Positions 7,879-19,163 of a DNA stretch of 64,000 nt are shown here, in pieces (positions within the stretch are counted from its first letter, which is position 1; every line of letters begins with the position of its first letter). Made by a program: the position numbers and the translations under genes. The notes below the pieces were generated by a model. That model was not told the DNA's origin and did not search any database. It saw only the letters and a list, made by a program, of their open reading frames with translations. This stretch comes from an uncultured Verrucomicrobiae bacterium (GTDB taxonomy: Bacteria; Verrucomicrobiota; Verrucomicrobiia; Opitutales; JABDGR01): the NCBI GenBank assembly GCA_963765205.1, contig CAVXVB010000009.1:672001-736000 (forward strand), in the 5' to 3' direction.

Positions 7879-9231
7879 ATGAATAACAACAATAACCACA
7901 TCCGCAATCCCCATCAGATTTCCCGCCGGCGGTTTCTCCGTGGCGCGGGTGTGGTCATGGCGTTGCCGTGGTTGGAGTCCGTCCCGGTTTGGGGCGCGGA
8001 ACCGATGACGGCGGCGGGGACGCCGGCGGCATTCCCGAAGCGCTTGGCGGTGCTATTCATGGCCAACGGCGTAAATCCCAACCACTGGACGGCCGAGGGA
8101 GCAGGCGCGAACATGACGCTTGGTGACAGCCTGACGCCGCTCGAACCGGTCAAGACCAAGATTAATTTTATCAAGGGCCTCTTCAACAAAGCCGCGACCG
8201 GTGTTGGCATCCATCCCGGCATGACGGGCAACCTGCTCTCCGGGATGCCCTTGACCAAGGGTGCCGAATTGCACGGCGGCGTGAGCATGGACCAGGTTCT
8301 CTCGACGCGTCTTGGCGACCAGACCGTGCAACCGAGCATGGTCATTGGCTGCGAGCAACCCGTCACCGGCTATCACGAGACCAATTATTCGATGGCCTAC
8401 AGCTCACACATTTCCTGGTCGAGCGTGACTTCGCCCGTGCCCATGGAGGTCTATCCCTCGCTGGCCTTCGACAGCCTCTTTGACAATAAGGGCAACGGGA
8501 GCAACCAAAGCGTGCTCGACCGCGTGATGGACCAGGCCGCCACGCTGGGCCGCCAGGTCAGCGCCACAGACAAGGCCAAGCTGGATGAATACTACACCAG
8601 CGTCCGTGAAGTCGAAATTCGCGCGCAGAACATGCGCAACGCCAAGGCCAAAGCCGACGCCAACGCGCAGGGCGCCAGCCAGCCCGTCGTGATGATGAAG
8701 CGGCCCGACAACGGCCTGCCCGAAGACATTCGCGAGCACATGCGCCTCATGTGCGACATTCTCGCCCTCGGCTTCCAGACGGACAAGACACGTATCGCCA
8801 CCCTTCTGCTGTGCCGCGACATCTCGGGCCTCTATTACCCGTTCCTCAACGTCAAGTTAGCCCATCATTTGGCCAGCCACTCGGACACGTCGGATGACTT
8901 CCTCCGGATCAACCAGTATTACACCAGCCAGTTTGCCTATCTCATCAACAAACTCGACTCCATGCCCGAAGGTGAAGGCACGGTGCTGGACAACTGCGGC
9001 CTCATCTTCATGTCCAACATGTGGTCGGGCAGCAAGCACGACAGCTCCAAAGTGCCGGTGCTGACCGCTGGCACGATGGGCGGCACGCTCGACACCGGCC
9101 GCGTGCTCGATTACACCGATGCCGGGGACGAAAACCGCAAGCTCTGCAGCTTTTATCTGTCCCTCATGGACCGGATGGGCGTGAAGCTTGACCACTTCGG
9201 TGATGCCGACGCGCGCCTGGCGGGGATTTAA
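7879..9231 (+). CDS. DUF1552 (HXXSHH) protein, Tat-exported
   Basis: SRRRFLRGAG..ALPWLES, DKAKLDEY, FQTDKTRIAT, HHLASH. Confidence 0.92.
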   Translation: MNNNNNHIRNPHQISRRRFLRGAGVVMALPWLESVPVWGAEPMTAAGTPAAFPKRLAVLFMANGVNPNHWTAEGAGANMTLGDSLTPLEPVKTKINFIKGLFNKAATGVGIHPGMTGNLLSGMPLTKGAELHGGVSMDQVLSTRLGDQTVQPSMVIGCEQPVTGYHETNYSMAYSSHISWSSVTSPVPMEVYPSLAFDSLFDNKGNGSNQSVLDRVMDQAATLGRQVSATDKAKLDEYYTSVREVEIRAQNMRNAKAKADANAQGASQPVVMMKRPDNGLPEDIREHMRLMCDILALGFQTDKTRIATLLLCRDISGLYYPFLNVKLAHHLASHSDTSDDFLRINQYYTSQFAYLINKLDSMPEGEGTVLDNCGLIFMSNMWSGSKHDSSKVPVLTAGTMGGTLDTGRVLDYTDAGDENRKLCSFYLSLMDRMGVKLDHFGDADARLAGI

Positions 9232-9282
9232 CTTTTCCCGTCAGCCGGAGAGGTTTGGTTGGCGATTATTACCTACCCCCTG

Positions 9283-10452
9283 ATGAAAACAGAATTTTTG
9301 AGCGTCGCGGTGCTGTTCGGCCTCGTCGCCAGCGCCTACGCGGAAGCGCCCGCGGCCAATGGCCCCCCTGTTCGCGACCCCAACGCACCGGGCTTTGTGT
9401 CGGCCAAGGCGGTGAACCCCAGCAACGAGGAGGTGTCCCGGTTTATTGCGACGTTGAACGCGCCGGTGAACGGCGACGGCAATTTCATCATTGGGCCAAA
9501 CTACTTTGTCTCACCGGAATTTCTGGTGCAGCCCGGCTTGCCGCAAGGCACGGTGTATAGTTTTACCATGTCGTCGGCTGACAGCAAAATTTATCCCGGC
9601 ATTGACCGCGACCCCGGCACGTTCGGCACGGTGGACCCGAACAACCCCTACACGCTGTTGGTGCCGACCTCGCACCCGGTGTCTTATACGCGCCAGGTCG
9701 GGGTGTTTGTGCCCAAGCAATACGTCCCCGGCACCCCCGCGCCCTTTATTGTCGGGGCGGACGGAGTGGACAAGGGCCTGTTCAACGTGTTGAACAACCT
9801 GATCGCCGAACACAAAATCCCAGTGATGATTGGCATCTCCATCGCCCACGGCGGACGCCCCAGTGGCGACCCGCAGGGAAGCAGCGACGCCCAGGGCAGC
9901 GAACGCGGCCTCGAATACGACACCATGTCGGGCCGTTATGCGGAGTTCGTCGAGACGGAGGTACTGCCGTTGGTGGAAAAACAATGCAATGTGAAATTGA
10001 CCAAGGACCCGGAAGGCCGCGCGACGATGGGCGGCAGTTCGGGCGGCTCGTGTGCGCTGATCATGGCCTGGTATCACCCGGAACTTTACCACCGCGTCCT
10101 CACCTATTCGGGCACTTATGTCAACCAGCAGTGGCCGTTTAACCCCGAGACCCCGCACGGGGCGTGGGGCTTTCACGAAACCCTGATTCCCAACAACCCA
10201 CCCAAGCCCATTCGCCTTTGGATGGAAGTTGGCGACCAAGACTTGCTCAACCCGAACGTCATGCGCGACGATATGCACGATTGGGTCGTCGCCAACGAGC
10301 GCATGGCCACGGTGCTGGCGGCCAAGGGCTACCATTACCAGTTTGTCTTTGCCCTCCATGCCGGGCATACGGACCCCAATGTCAAGCTGCATACCCTGCC
10401 AGAAGCGCTCGAATGGCTGTGGCAGGGCTACCCGATCGCGTCGGCGAAATAG
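9283..10452 (+). CDS. Secreted Fes-like alpha/beta esterase, paralogue 1
   Basis: Signal peptide; GGSSGG nucleophile motif; ERGLEYD; AGH. Confidence 0.88.
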   Translation: MKTEFLSVAVLFGLVASAYAEAPAANGPPVRDPNAPGFVSAKAVNPSNEEVSRFIATLNAPVNGDGNFIIGPNYFVSPEFLVQPGLPQGTVYSFTMSSADSKIYPGIDRDPGTFGTVDPNNPYTLLVPTSHPVSYTRQVGVFVPKQYVPGTPAPFIVGADGVDKGLFNVLNNLIAEHKIPVMIGISIAHGGRPSGDPQGSSDAQGSERGLEYDTMSGRYAEFVETEVLPLVEKQCNVKLTKDPEGRATMGGSSGGSCALIMAWYHPELYHRVLTYSGTYVNQQWPFNPETPHGAWGFHETLIPNNPPKPIRLWMEVGDQDLLNPNVMRDDMHDWVVANERMATVLAAKGYHYQFVFALHAGHTDPNVKLHTLPEALEWLWQGYPIASAK

Positions 10453-10517
10453 CGCTTCACTATAGCAGGGGCGTTGCCTGCCGACGCCCTTCTTTGTCAT
10501 TTTTCAATTTCCCCAAC

Positions 10518-11735
10518 ATGAAAACCAAATTTATAATCCCCGCACTCCTGCTCGGCCTCATGGCCGGCCCCCATCCGGCGTTGGCTGCGGCCGGTGGCAA
10601 TCCTACCCGCGACCCCAACACCCCCGGCTTCGTTCCGCTCACCCCCGTGAACCTCAGCGCCGACCAGGTGGCCAGTGTGAACGCGGCGCTCAAGGCGTTG
10701 CTTTCCACCGACCCCGCCGCCAAGGCCGTCTTCGACCAGCATCCAAATTACAACCCGCTCACCGCCGGCTCGGCCAACCCGCCCCCGGATAAGGATGGGA
10801 ATTTTCTGATCGGCCCGAACTACTCTCCCGCGCCGGAAATGACAGTTCAACCCGGGGTGCCGCAGGGCACGGTGTCCCGGTTTACGATGAACTCGACCGA
10901 CAGCAAAATTTATCCCGGCATTGCCAAAGACGCCAATGGAATTGTGGATCCGTCGGACCCGGCCAAGATGCTTGCGCCGACCAGCCACCCCGCTCCCTAC
11001 GCGCGCACCATAACCGTATATGTGCCGAAGCAATATGTGCCCGGCACACCCGCGCCACTCATTGTGACGATGGACGGCATGGAAGGCGGCTTGCCGACCG
11101 TGCTGGACAATATGATCGCGCAGCACCGCTTACCGGCGATGATCGCCGTGGGCATCAGCGCCAACAGTGACGCCCAGGGCAGCCAACGGGGCTTGGAATA
11201 TGACACCATGTCGGGCGTCTATGCGGATTTCGTCGAGACTGAGGTGTTGCCGCTCGTGGAAAGCAAATACAACGTGACCATCACCAAAGACCCGGACGGC
11301 CGGGCAACGCTGGGCGGCAGTTCCGGCGGCTCGTGCGCCCTCATCATGGCTTGGTATCATAATGACCTCTACCATCGCGTCATCACTTATTCCGGAACGT
11401 ATGTGAACCAGCAGTGGCCGTATAATCCAGATACGCCCCATGGCGCCTGGGAATTTCACGAACACCTCATCCCACAAAGCCCGGTCAAACCCATTCGCCT
11501 CTGGATGGAGGTCGGCCAGCAGGATCTGCTCAATCCAAATGTTATGCGGGACAACATGCACGATTGGGTCGTCGCGAATGAGAATATGGCCAAGGTTCTG
11601 AAGGCCAAGGGCTACCATTACCAGTTTTCCTTCGCCCTCGGGGCGGGGCACAACGACAGCAACGTGCATCGGCAAACCCTCCCCGAAGCGCTCGAATGGG
11701 TCTGGCAGGGCTACCCCATTGACCCGGCGAAATAG
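10518..11735 (+). CDS. Secreted Fes-like esterase, paralogue 2
   Basis: MKTKFIIPALLLG signal; GGSSGG; QRGLEYD; AGH. Confidence 0.88.
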   Translation: MKTKFIIPALLLGLMAGPHPALAAAGGNPTRDPNTPGFVPLTPVNLSADQVASVNAALKALLSTDPAAKAVFDQHPNYNPLTAGSANPPPDKDGNFLIGPNYSPAPEMTVQPGVPQGTVSRFTMNSTDSKIYPGIAKDANGIVDPSDPAKMLAPTSHPAPYARTITVYVPKQYVPGTPAPLIVTMDGMEGGLPTVLDNMIAQHRLPAMIAVGISANSDAQGSQRGLEYDTMSGVYADFVETEVLPLVESKYNVTITKDPDGRATLGGSSGGSCALIMAWYHNDLYHRVITYSGTYVNQQWPYNPDTPHGAWEFHEHLIPQSPVKPIRLWMEVGQQDLLNPNVMRDNMHDWVVANENMAKVLKAKGYHYQFSFALGAGHNDSNVHRQTLPEALEWVWQGYPIDPAK

Positions 11736-11785
11736 TTTGTGCTTATCTCCACCCCACCACCCCCTCACGAAACAAGAAACTCACC

Positions 11786-12956
11786 ATGAAAATCCAATTA
11801 TTGACCAGCAGCCTCCTGGTTTGTCTGGCGGCGGGAACCACTCCATTATTGGGCGCGGACGCCGCTCCCGCGCCGGTGGCGGCCTCCGCCTCGACTACGG
11901 CAATGGCCGCTCCTGCCGCAGCCGCGGGCAGCGCTTCCGCCCCGCGCGGTCGCGGCCCCGGCGGCGCTCCGGCGACTCCCGCCGAAGTGGCCGAGATGGC
12001 GAAACTTAAAGACCTCCCGCCCTATGCCGTGGGCCTCGGCGATGGGGATTATTCCACGGGGCCGGACTATACCCCGGCCCCGGAACAGACCGCGAAGGAC
12101 GGCGTGCCCAAGGGCAAGGTGGACAGCTTCATCATGAACGCCGCCGACAGCAAATTTTACCCTCCCACCGGCAAGCGTGGGGCCACGGACACTCGCAAGG
12201 TGACGGTTTATGTGCCCAGCCAGTATGTGCCCGGCACGCCCGCCCCATTCATCGTTTCTTGTGACGCTTATGGTGCGGCACGGAATCAACTGCCCAACAT
12301 CCTCGACAACATGATCGCCGACCACCGCCTGCCGGTGATGATTGCGGTGATGATTGCAAATGGCGGCGGGGACGGCGGCGGCAGCGAGCGCGGCCTGGAA
12401 TATGACACCGTGTCCGGCAAATACGCCGAATTTGTGGAGGCGGAAGTTCTACCCCTGGTGGAGAAAAACTACGGTGTCACCCTGACTAAAAACCCGGACG
12501 CCCGCATGACCCTGGGCGGCAGTTCCGGCGGCTCGGCGGCCTTCTCGATGGCGTGGTTTCATCCGGAGCTTTATCACCTCGTGGTCACTTACTCAGGCAC
12601 CTATGTGAACCAACAGGCCGGCCCGGACGCCCCGCATGGCGCGTGGAACTTTCACGAAACACTCATCCCCAGCAGCCCGACGAAGCCGCTACGCGTATGG
12701 CTGGAAATGGGCGAGCGGGATAACGGCGCCGCGACTTCCGCGTCCGGATTCCACAATTGGGTCATTGCCAACATCAACATGGCCGCGGTTTTGAAGGCCA
12801 AAGGTTATCATTATCAAATGGTATTTGCCAAGGGGGCGGGCCACACGGATGGTCGTATCGATTGCCCAAACCCTCCCGCAAGCCCTGGAATATGTGTGGC
12901 GAGGCTATCCGATTGAGCCGGCGAAGGACGCGCCGGCCACGCCGGCGGCAAAATGA
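11786..12956 (+). CDS. Secreted Fes-like esterase, paralogue 3 (frameshift near 12860)
   Basis: GGSSGG; a shifted frame restores IAQTLPQALEYVWRGYPIEPAK...AAK* as in the paralogues. Confidence 0.85.
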
Positions 12957-13072
12957 GCGCGGTAAGAGGCCTCATCGCCAGTTCGTCTGCTTTGTTCATC
13001 CCAACCCAATCGTTCCGACCGGGCACAACCCGTTGGTGCGGGTTTTTCCATCCCCAAAACCTAAACTTGATT

Positions 13073-14254
13073 ATGAAAACCACCCAAGTGCGCAGCGGCC
13101 TCCTGCTTTGCCTGCTATCCTCCACCCTGGCAATTTTTGGCGCGGACGCCCCCGCCGCGCCGGCCGCTTCGTCGCCCGCGCTGGCCGCGCCTGCGGCGGC
13201 ATCTAACAATGCCCCGGTGGCCGCCCCCGGCGGTGCCGTCCCCGGCAGGGGGCCAGCGGCCCGGGCTCTGTCCGGCCCTCCGGCGACGGCTGCCGACATC
13301 GCCGAAATGGCGACCCTCAAAGACCTCCCGGCCTATGCCGCGGGCTTGGGCGACGGTGATTATTCCGTCGGCCCGAATTACACTCCCGCGGTCGAAGAAA
13401 AACGCCGGGACGACGTTCCCCATGGCAAAATCGTCAACTTTGAAATGAACTCGGCCGACAGCAAAATATTTCCCGGCAACCCCGCGTTCACGCGCAAAGT
13501 GGCCGTGTATATTCCGAGCCAGTATGTCCCCGGCACCCCCGCACCGCTTATTGTGTCTTGTGACCAATATGGGCTGTCCACAAACACCGGGGTGTTTCAG
13601 AACACCCTGGACAACATGATTGCCGACCAGCGCCTGCCCGTGCTGGTGGCGGTGATGATCGCCAGCGGCGGTAGCGAGCGCAGCATGGAATACGACACCG
13701 TTTCTGGTAAATACGCCGAATTTGTCGAGTCGGAAGTTTTGCCCCGGGTGGAAAAAGAAACCGGCGTGACCGTGACCAAGGACCCCGACGCCCGCATGGC
13801 TTATGGCGGCAGTTCGGGTGGCATCGCGGCGTTCAGCATGGCGTGGTTTCACCCGGAGCTTTACCACCGCGTGGTGTCCTTCTCGGGCACCTTTGTGAAC
13901 CTGCGGCACAGCGACGAAGTCCCGCACGGCGGCTGGGAATACCACGAAAATTTGATCGCGCAAGCCCCCGCCAAGCCGCTGCGAGTCTGGCTCGAAGCCG
14001 GCGAGAACGACAACGGAGCGACGACGGCTTCGTCCGCCTTCCGCAACTGGGTCATCGCCAACAAGCACATGGCCGCGGCCCTGAAGGCCAAAGGCTATCA
14101 CTACCAGTTTGTCTTCGCCAAAGGCGCGGGCCACACGGACAGCCGGACCAACCAGCAAACGATCGCGCAAGCCTTGGAATTTGTATGGAAGGGCTACCCC
14201 ATCGAGCCGGTGAAGGATGCCAAAGCGGCGCCCGCCACAAAATCCGCGCCGTAG
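13073..14254 (+). CDS. Secreted Fes-like esterase, paralogue 4
   Basis: Signal peptide, Ala/Pro linker, GGSSGG, ERSMEYD, AGH. Confidence 0.88.
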   Translation: MKTTQVRSGLLLCLLSSTLAIFGADAPAAPAASSPALAAPAAASNNAPVAAPGGAVPGRGPAARALSGPPATAADIAEMATLKDLPAYAAGLGDGDYSVGPNYTPAVEEKRRDDVPHGKIVNFEMNSADSKIFPGNPAFTRKVAVYIPSQYVPGTPAPLIVSCDQYGLSTNTGVFQNTLDNMIADQRLPVLVAVMIASGGSERSMEYDTVSGKYAEFVESEVLPRVEKETGVTVTKDPDARMAYGGSSGGIAAFSMAWFHPELYHRVVSFSGTFVNLRHSDEVPHGGWEYHENLIAQAPAKPLRVWLEAGENDNGATTASSAFRNWVIANKHMAAALKAKGYHYQFVFAKGAGHTDSRTNQQTIAQALEFVWKGYPIEPVKDAKAAPATKSAP

Positions 14255-14310
14255 GATTTTTCAGTCGTTAGCTACCCGTGCAATCCGCGTTATCTGTGGT
14301 ATAAAATTGG

Positions 14311-15744
14311 CTAAATTATTTTGATGGCGGGATCGCGGTTGGGGTGCGCGGACTCACCGGAAAAATCGGTGAGCGAGAGGTGCGCAGTATTTTCAGCCTC
14401 GAGGGCATGGGTGAAATAATCGGGAACCTGGCGGCCCCAGGCCACGCGGCAGCGGCGGAGGCTGATTTCATCCGCCTCGCGAAAGTTGAAACCCGGCGTG
14501 CCATGGGGTTCGAGGGCGGTGGCCCCGGTCATTGGCCGATTGTCAAAAAACCCGCCCGGATATTTGGTCCAGCGTTCGAGCGTGACGAACACATTCTCGA
14601 AGGCAACCTGGCGGACGGGCTGGCCCGGCGAGCCTTGCAGGCGGATGCTGTTTTCCGACCGTCCGGTGACGTTTTGGACGCGCACGTCGGTGATGGCACC
14701 GGGAGTGGTTTGGGGGTTGCGGGGCAGCGCGGTGAAGGAGATGGCTTCACCCCGGCCCCACCAGGGATCGGAATGATAACGCGCGAGGAAATTTAGGTCG
14801 TTGAAGCGCACCCGTGAAACATTGCCTTCGTCACGCAACTGGATGCACAGCCCCCGGCAGGAAGAGCGGATGTCACAATGCTCGAAGAGAATGTCCTGAA
14901 TGTCCTGGGTCGTTTCGGTTCCAATTTTTAGGCCGGAGTCCTGGGTGGTGATGACGCAGTCGTGGACATTGATCTTGGCGGAGGGGCCATAGTCGGTGGT
15001 CTGGCGGGAAGTTTTGACCACGACGGCGTCGTCGCCGCAGGTAATGTCGCAGCGGCGAATTTCGACATCGCGGCGGTGGTCAACATCAATGCCGTCGCAA
15101 TTGGGGACGTTGAGGGGATTGCGGATGGTGACCTGATCCACCAGGACGTGTTCACTGCCGAGGAGGTGCAATGTCCAGCTTGAGGAGTCGTATAAAGTGA
15201 CATCAGATATTACGAGGCCCGGGCAGGCGGTGAAGAGACACAAGCGGGGACGGCGGGGGGCCAGGCGCCACCATTCATTGGCCGCGTCATAATTGGTGGC
15301 GAAGGCCCGCCATTGGCCGTTTATGCGCCCAGTGCCGGACACGCGCACCTCGGCGGCACCCGTGGCCGACAGGACGGCAAGCGCGGCCGGATAATCCGGC
15401 AGGTTCGGGCTGGCCAGCAGTTCCGCGTCGTCCGCCAGATGAAAATCAACCCGGTCGCGCAGTTGCAGCCCGCCAGTGAGATAACGCCGCCCGCCCGGCA
15501 CGACGACGCGGGCACCTGCCCGTACCGCGGCGGCGGCATCAATCGTGCGTTGGAGGGCAGCCGTATCCGGGGTGACCCCATCGCCGACGGCACCGTAATC
15601 GCGAATATTGAAGTCCCGGGCCTGGAGGCGATTGGGGGACGGCAGAATCTGACAGCCGGAAAACGCCGCACCGACCGTCGCCACCGCGGCGAGTTTGGCG
15701 CCAAGGCGTAAAATCTGGCGGCGGGTGGAGTGGGCGGGGCTCAT
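14311..15744 (-). CDS. Glycoside hydrolase family 28, Tat lipoprotein
   Basis: TRRQIL...FSGC; NIRDYGAVGDG; PNCDGID, GDDAVVVK, LKIGTET. Confidence 0.88.
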   Translation of the reverse strand: MSPAHSTRRQILRLGAKLAAVATVGAAFSGCQILPSPNRLQARDFNIRDYGAVGDGVTPDTAALQRTIDAAAAVRAGARVVVPGGRRYLTGGLQLRDRVDFHLADDAELLASPNLPDYPAALAVLSATGAAEVRVSGTGRINGQWRAFATNYDAANEWWRLAPRRPRLCLFTACPGLVISDVTLYDSSSWTLHLLGSEHVLVDQVTIRNPLNVPNCDGIDVDHRRDVEIRRCDITCGDDAVVVKTSRQTTDYGPSAKINVHDCVITTQDSGLKIGTETTQDIQDILFEHCDIRSSCRGLCIQLRDEGNVSRVRFNDLNFLARYHSDPWWGRGEAISFTALPRNPQTTPGAITDVRVQNVTGRSENSIRLQGSPGQPVRQVAFENVFVTLERWTKYPGGFFDNRPMTGATALEPHGTPGFNFREADEISLRRCRVAWGRQVPDYFTHALEAENTAHLSLTDFSGESAHPNRDPAIKII

Positions 15745-15787
15745 TTAGTTTTAGCGCACTTCGTGTTAACGAGAGCAATTTTTTTCG

Positions 15788-17755
15788 TCATGCTCCTGCT
15801 CCCGCCTTTTCCAACGCGGCTCGCCCCGCTACCAGGGTGGCGATGATTTTGTCCGCATCGTAAACGCAGCCGGCCCAGGTGCCGCCGCTGGCGGATTGCA
15901 GGGCCGCCCAGAGGCGCGTGTCCTCCGGGTAGGCGGAGTGGGGGGCTAAATCGGGCCGCGGCGCGCGGGCGGCGAGGATGCGGCCGCCTTCCTCCGGGGT
16001 GAAGCGGAGTTCGCCTGCGCCGACGAGATCAACGCGGCCTTCACCGCTGTTGCGGTCAATTTCGATGCGGATGATGTCGCCCTCCACAATTTTGCCAATC
16101 GGGCCGCCAGCCAGGCCTTCGGGGCTGACGTGCCCGATGCACGCGCCGGTGGACACGCCGGAAAAGCGGGCGTCCGTCAGCAGCGCGATGTGTTTACCGA
16201 AGGGCAGATGCTTCAAGGCGGCCGTCACCTGATAGGTCTCCATCATGCCGGTGCCCATCGGCCCGATGCCAGCCAGCACCATCACGTCGCCCGCCTTGAC
16301 GAGGCCGAGTTTGAGCGCGGAAATGGCGTTCATCTCCGACACGAAAACTTTGGCCGGGCCTTCCTTGCGGTAAACGCCGTCGGCATCCACGACTGTCGGG
16401 TCAATGGCCGTGGCTTTGATGATGGAACCCTCCGGCGCGAGGTTGCCGCGCGGGAATACCAGCGTGCCAGTCAGGCCGCGCTGTTTCGCCGCGGCCGGGG
16501 ACATGATCACGTCGTCGGGCGGCACATTGTCCTTCTGGAGCAAAATTTCCCGGAAGCGAACGCGGCGTTCGGAGTTCTCCCACTCGTCCAGATTTTCGCC
16601 CAGGGTTTTTCCTGTGACCGTCAGGACATTCGTATCGAGCAAACCCAGCCGGCGCAGATGCAGCATCACCTCGGGCACGCCGCCCCCCAAAAACACGCGG
16701 ACGGTCGGATGATGCACGGGGCCGTTCGGCAGGACGCTGACGATGCGCGGAACGCGGCGGTTCACGGCAATCCAGTCGTCCACGGCCGGCGGCGGCAAAC
16801 CGGCGGCATGCGCGATGGCGGGAATGTGCAGCATAAGATTGGTCGAGCCGCCGAATGCCGCATGCACCACCATCGCGTTTTGAATGCTGGCGGAGGTGAG
16901 AATGTCGCGCATCGCGAGCGAGCGCTCCTTCAGGTGATGCAGCGCGCGCGCCGAGCGCCGGGCCACATCCAGCCACACCGGCTGTCCCGATGGCGCCAGC
17001 GCCGAGTGCGGCACGGACAACCCCAGCGCCTCGCTGACGACCTGCGCCGTCGCCGCCGTGCCGAGAAATTGGCAGCCGCCGCCCGGAGTGGCGCAAGCGC
17101 GGCAGCCCAAGTCCGCGGCTTCCTGCAAAGAGATAATCCCATGCGCGTAACGCACCCCGAGCGACTGCACCGCGCCGGCGTCTTCGCCCACGGTGGGCGG
17201 CAGCGTGACGCCGCCGGGCACCACGACGCAGGGCAAATCGTGCAAACCCGCCACCGCCATCATCATTGCTGGCAGCCCCTTGTCGCAGGTGGCAATGCCC
17301 AACACCCCGGCGCGCAACGGCAGGGAGCGCGCGAGCCGGCGGAAAATCACCGCCGCGTCATTGCGATAGGGCAAGCTGTCGAACATGCCCGTCGTGCCCT
17401 GGGTGCGGCCATCGCAGGGGTCGGAGCAAAAGCCGGCAAAGGGAATCGCGCGCAACTGGCGGAACTCTTCCGCGGCGGCCTGGACGAGCAGGCCAATCTC
17501 CCAGTGCCCGGTGTGGTAGCCAAGCGCAATCGGCCGGCCATCCGGGGCGCGCACGCCGCCCTGGGTGCTGAGAATCAGAAACTGCGGGCGGCCGGATTCG
17601 GCGGCGTTCCAGCCCATCGCGGCATTTTGGCTCATGCCAAAGAGGTTGCCACTCGGCTCATTGAGCAGAAAATCCTTGGTCAGGGGCAAACTGCCCGCGG
17701 GGCCGCGAGCTTGGGTTTGAATCTCGTAGAGGTCGGAAGGGGCGGGGTCGGTCAT
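15788..17755 (-). CDS. yagF: YjhG/YagF-family D-xylonate dehydratase (IlvD/Edd family)
   Basis: [49 protein letters not shown]. Confidence 0.9.
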   Translation of the reverse strand: MTDPAPSDLYEIQTQARGPAGSLPLTKDFLLNEPSGNLFGMSQNAAMGWNAAESGRPQFLILSTQGGVRAPDGRPIALGYHTGHWEIGLLVQAAAEEFRQLRAIPFAGFCSDPCDGRTQGTTGMFDSLPYRNDAAVIFRRLARSLPLRAGVLGIATCDKGLPAMMMAVAGLHDLPCVVVPGGVTLPPTVGEDAGAVQSLGVRYAHGIISLQEAADLGCRACATPGGGCQFLGTAATAQVVSEALGLSVPHSALAPSGQPVWLDVARRSARALHHLKERSLAMRDILTSASIQNAMVVHAAFGGSTNLMLHIPAIAHAAGLPPPAVDDWIAVNRRVPRIVSVLPNGPVHHPTVRVFLGGGVPEVMLHLRRLGLLDTNVLTVTGKTLGENLDEWENSERRVRFREILLQKDNVPPDDVIMSPAAAKQRGLTGTLVFPRGNLAPEGSIIKATAIDPTVVDADGVYRKEGPAKVFVSEMNAISALKLGLVKAGDVMVLAGIGPMGTGMMETYQVTAALKHLPFGKHIALLTDARFSGVSTGACIGHVSPEGLAGGPIGKIVEGDIIRIEIDRNSGEGRVDLVGAGELRFTPEEGGRILAARAPRPDLAPHSAYPEDTRLWAALQSASGGTWAGCVYDADKIIATLVAGRAALEKAGAGA

Positions 17756-17879
17756 CCCGCCATTGAAACAGCCCGCGCGCGGGAAACAATGGGAAACTAA
17801 GGCGCACAAAATCGGCAAATCGCCTCGACACGCGCCCGCTCTCTTGTCAAACAACTACTTCTCCTTACCCCCCAACCCC

Positions 17880-19163
17880 ATGATTGACAAGCGCTGGCTC
17901 CGCATCATCCCGTTGGCTCTGATCATGTATACGATCGCCTATGTGGATCGCACCAATGTCTCCCTGAGCCTCGACCCCACGATTTCGACGATGGTGAAGG
18001 ATTTGGCGATGGATGACAAAATGCGGGGCGAGGCCGCCGGCATTTTCTTTTACGGATATGTGCTGCTGCAAATCCCGGGGGGTTTGCTCGCGTCCCGCTG
18101 GAGCGCGCGCAAGACGATCAGCATCTGCCTGGTTTCCTGGGGGGTGTTCGCGGCGGGCTGCGGCCTGGCGAAAACCTTCCAGCAATTTGAGGTGATGCGC
18201 TTCATGCTCGGCCTGTCGGAAAGCGCGATCTTTCCCGCGACCACCGTGCTGCTCACCCAGTGGTTCCCCCGCACCGAACGCGCCCGCGCCAATTCCCTGT
18301 GGCTCTTGTGCCAGCCCCTTGCGCTGGTGGCGTCCGCGCCGATCACGGGCAAACTTTTGGACCTGTATGGCTGGCAGACGATGCTGTTCCTCGAAGGCAG
18401 CCTGCCGTTGGTGTGGCTGCCCATTTGGTGGTTCTACATCCGCGATCATCCGCGCGAAGTCTCCTGGATTTCCACCGAAGAGCGCACCCGTTTGGAAAAA
18501 ACGCTCCACGATGAAGCCGCCGACCAGGAGCCGCCGTTGCCCGTTTCTCTGCCGGCGCGGCTGCTCAATCCCGTCGTGCTGGCGATGATCGTGCTCTATT
18601 TTTTGCACAATTGCGCGGCCTATGGCTGTATGACTTTTTTTACGGACAGTCTGAAAGCGGGGAATTTTAGCGGCGCGGAAAAAGGTTTTCTACTGGCCGC
18701 GCCCTACGCCCTGAGCGCCGTGCTCATGCTGCTGAATTCATGGCACTCGGACAAGACCGGCGAACGCCGCGGCCATGTCGCTGCCGCCTACCTGATGAGC
18801 GGAACCAGCCTGATTTTAAGCGTCTTGACCAAGGACAATTTTTGGGTTTCGTATGCTTTCCTGTGCTTCGCGATTCCGGGGCCGTTTGTTGCCATGTGCC
18901 CCTTCTGGACCATTCCGGCGGAAACGCTGCCCCGGAAAATGACCGGCTGGGTGGTTGGCCTGGTCAATGCCTTCGGCAGTTTTGGCGGCATCGCCGGCCC
19001 GTTGCTGGTCGGCTGGCTGGAAAAGCAGTATCACAACACGGACCTTGGTTTTAACCTGCTGGGCGCGGGCATGTTGCTCAATGTCGCGCTGACCTTCGTG
19101 CTGCCCAAATCCAAGCCCCGCGCACCCGCGAAAAAAATCCTGGAACTCGTCCAAATTAAATGA
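17880..19163 (+). CDS. MFS transporter, anion:cation symporter type (sugar acid)
   Basis: AYVDRTN, GIFFYGYVLLQIPG, WFP..ERARAN, SDKTGERR; about 12 TM segments. Confidence 0.9.
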   Translation: MIDKRWLRIIPLALIMYTIAYVDRTNVSLSLDPTISTMVKDLAMDDKMRGEAAGIFFYGYVLLQIPGGLLASRWSARKTISICLVSWGVFAAGCGLAKTFQQFEVMRFMLGLSESAIFPATTVLLTQWFPRTERARANSLWLLCQPLALVASAPITGKLLDLYGWQTMLFLEGSLPLVWLPIWWFYIRDHPREVSWISTEERTRLEKTLHDEAADQEPPLPVSLPARLLNPVVLAMIVLYFLHNCAAYGCMTFFTDSLKAGNFSGAEKGFLLAAPYALSAVLMLLNSWHSDKTGERRGHVAAAYLMSGTSLILSVLTKDNFWVSYAFLCFAIPGPFVAMCPFWTIPAETLPRKMTGWVVGLVNAFGSFGGIAGPLLVGWLEKQYHNTDLGFNLLGAGMLLNVALTFVLPKSKPRAPAKKILELVQIK

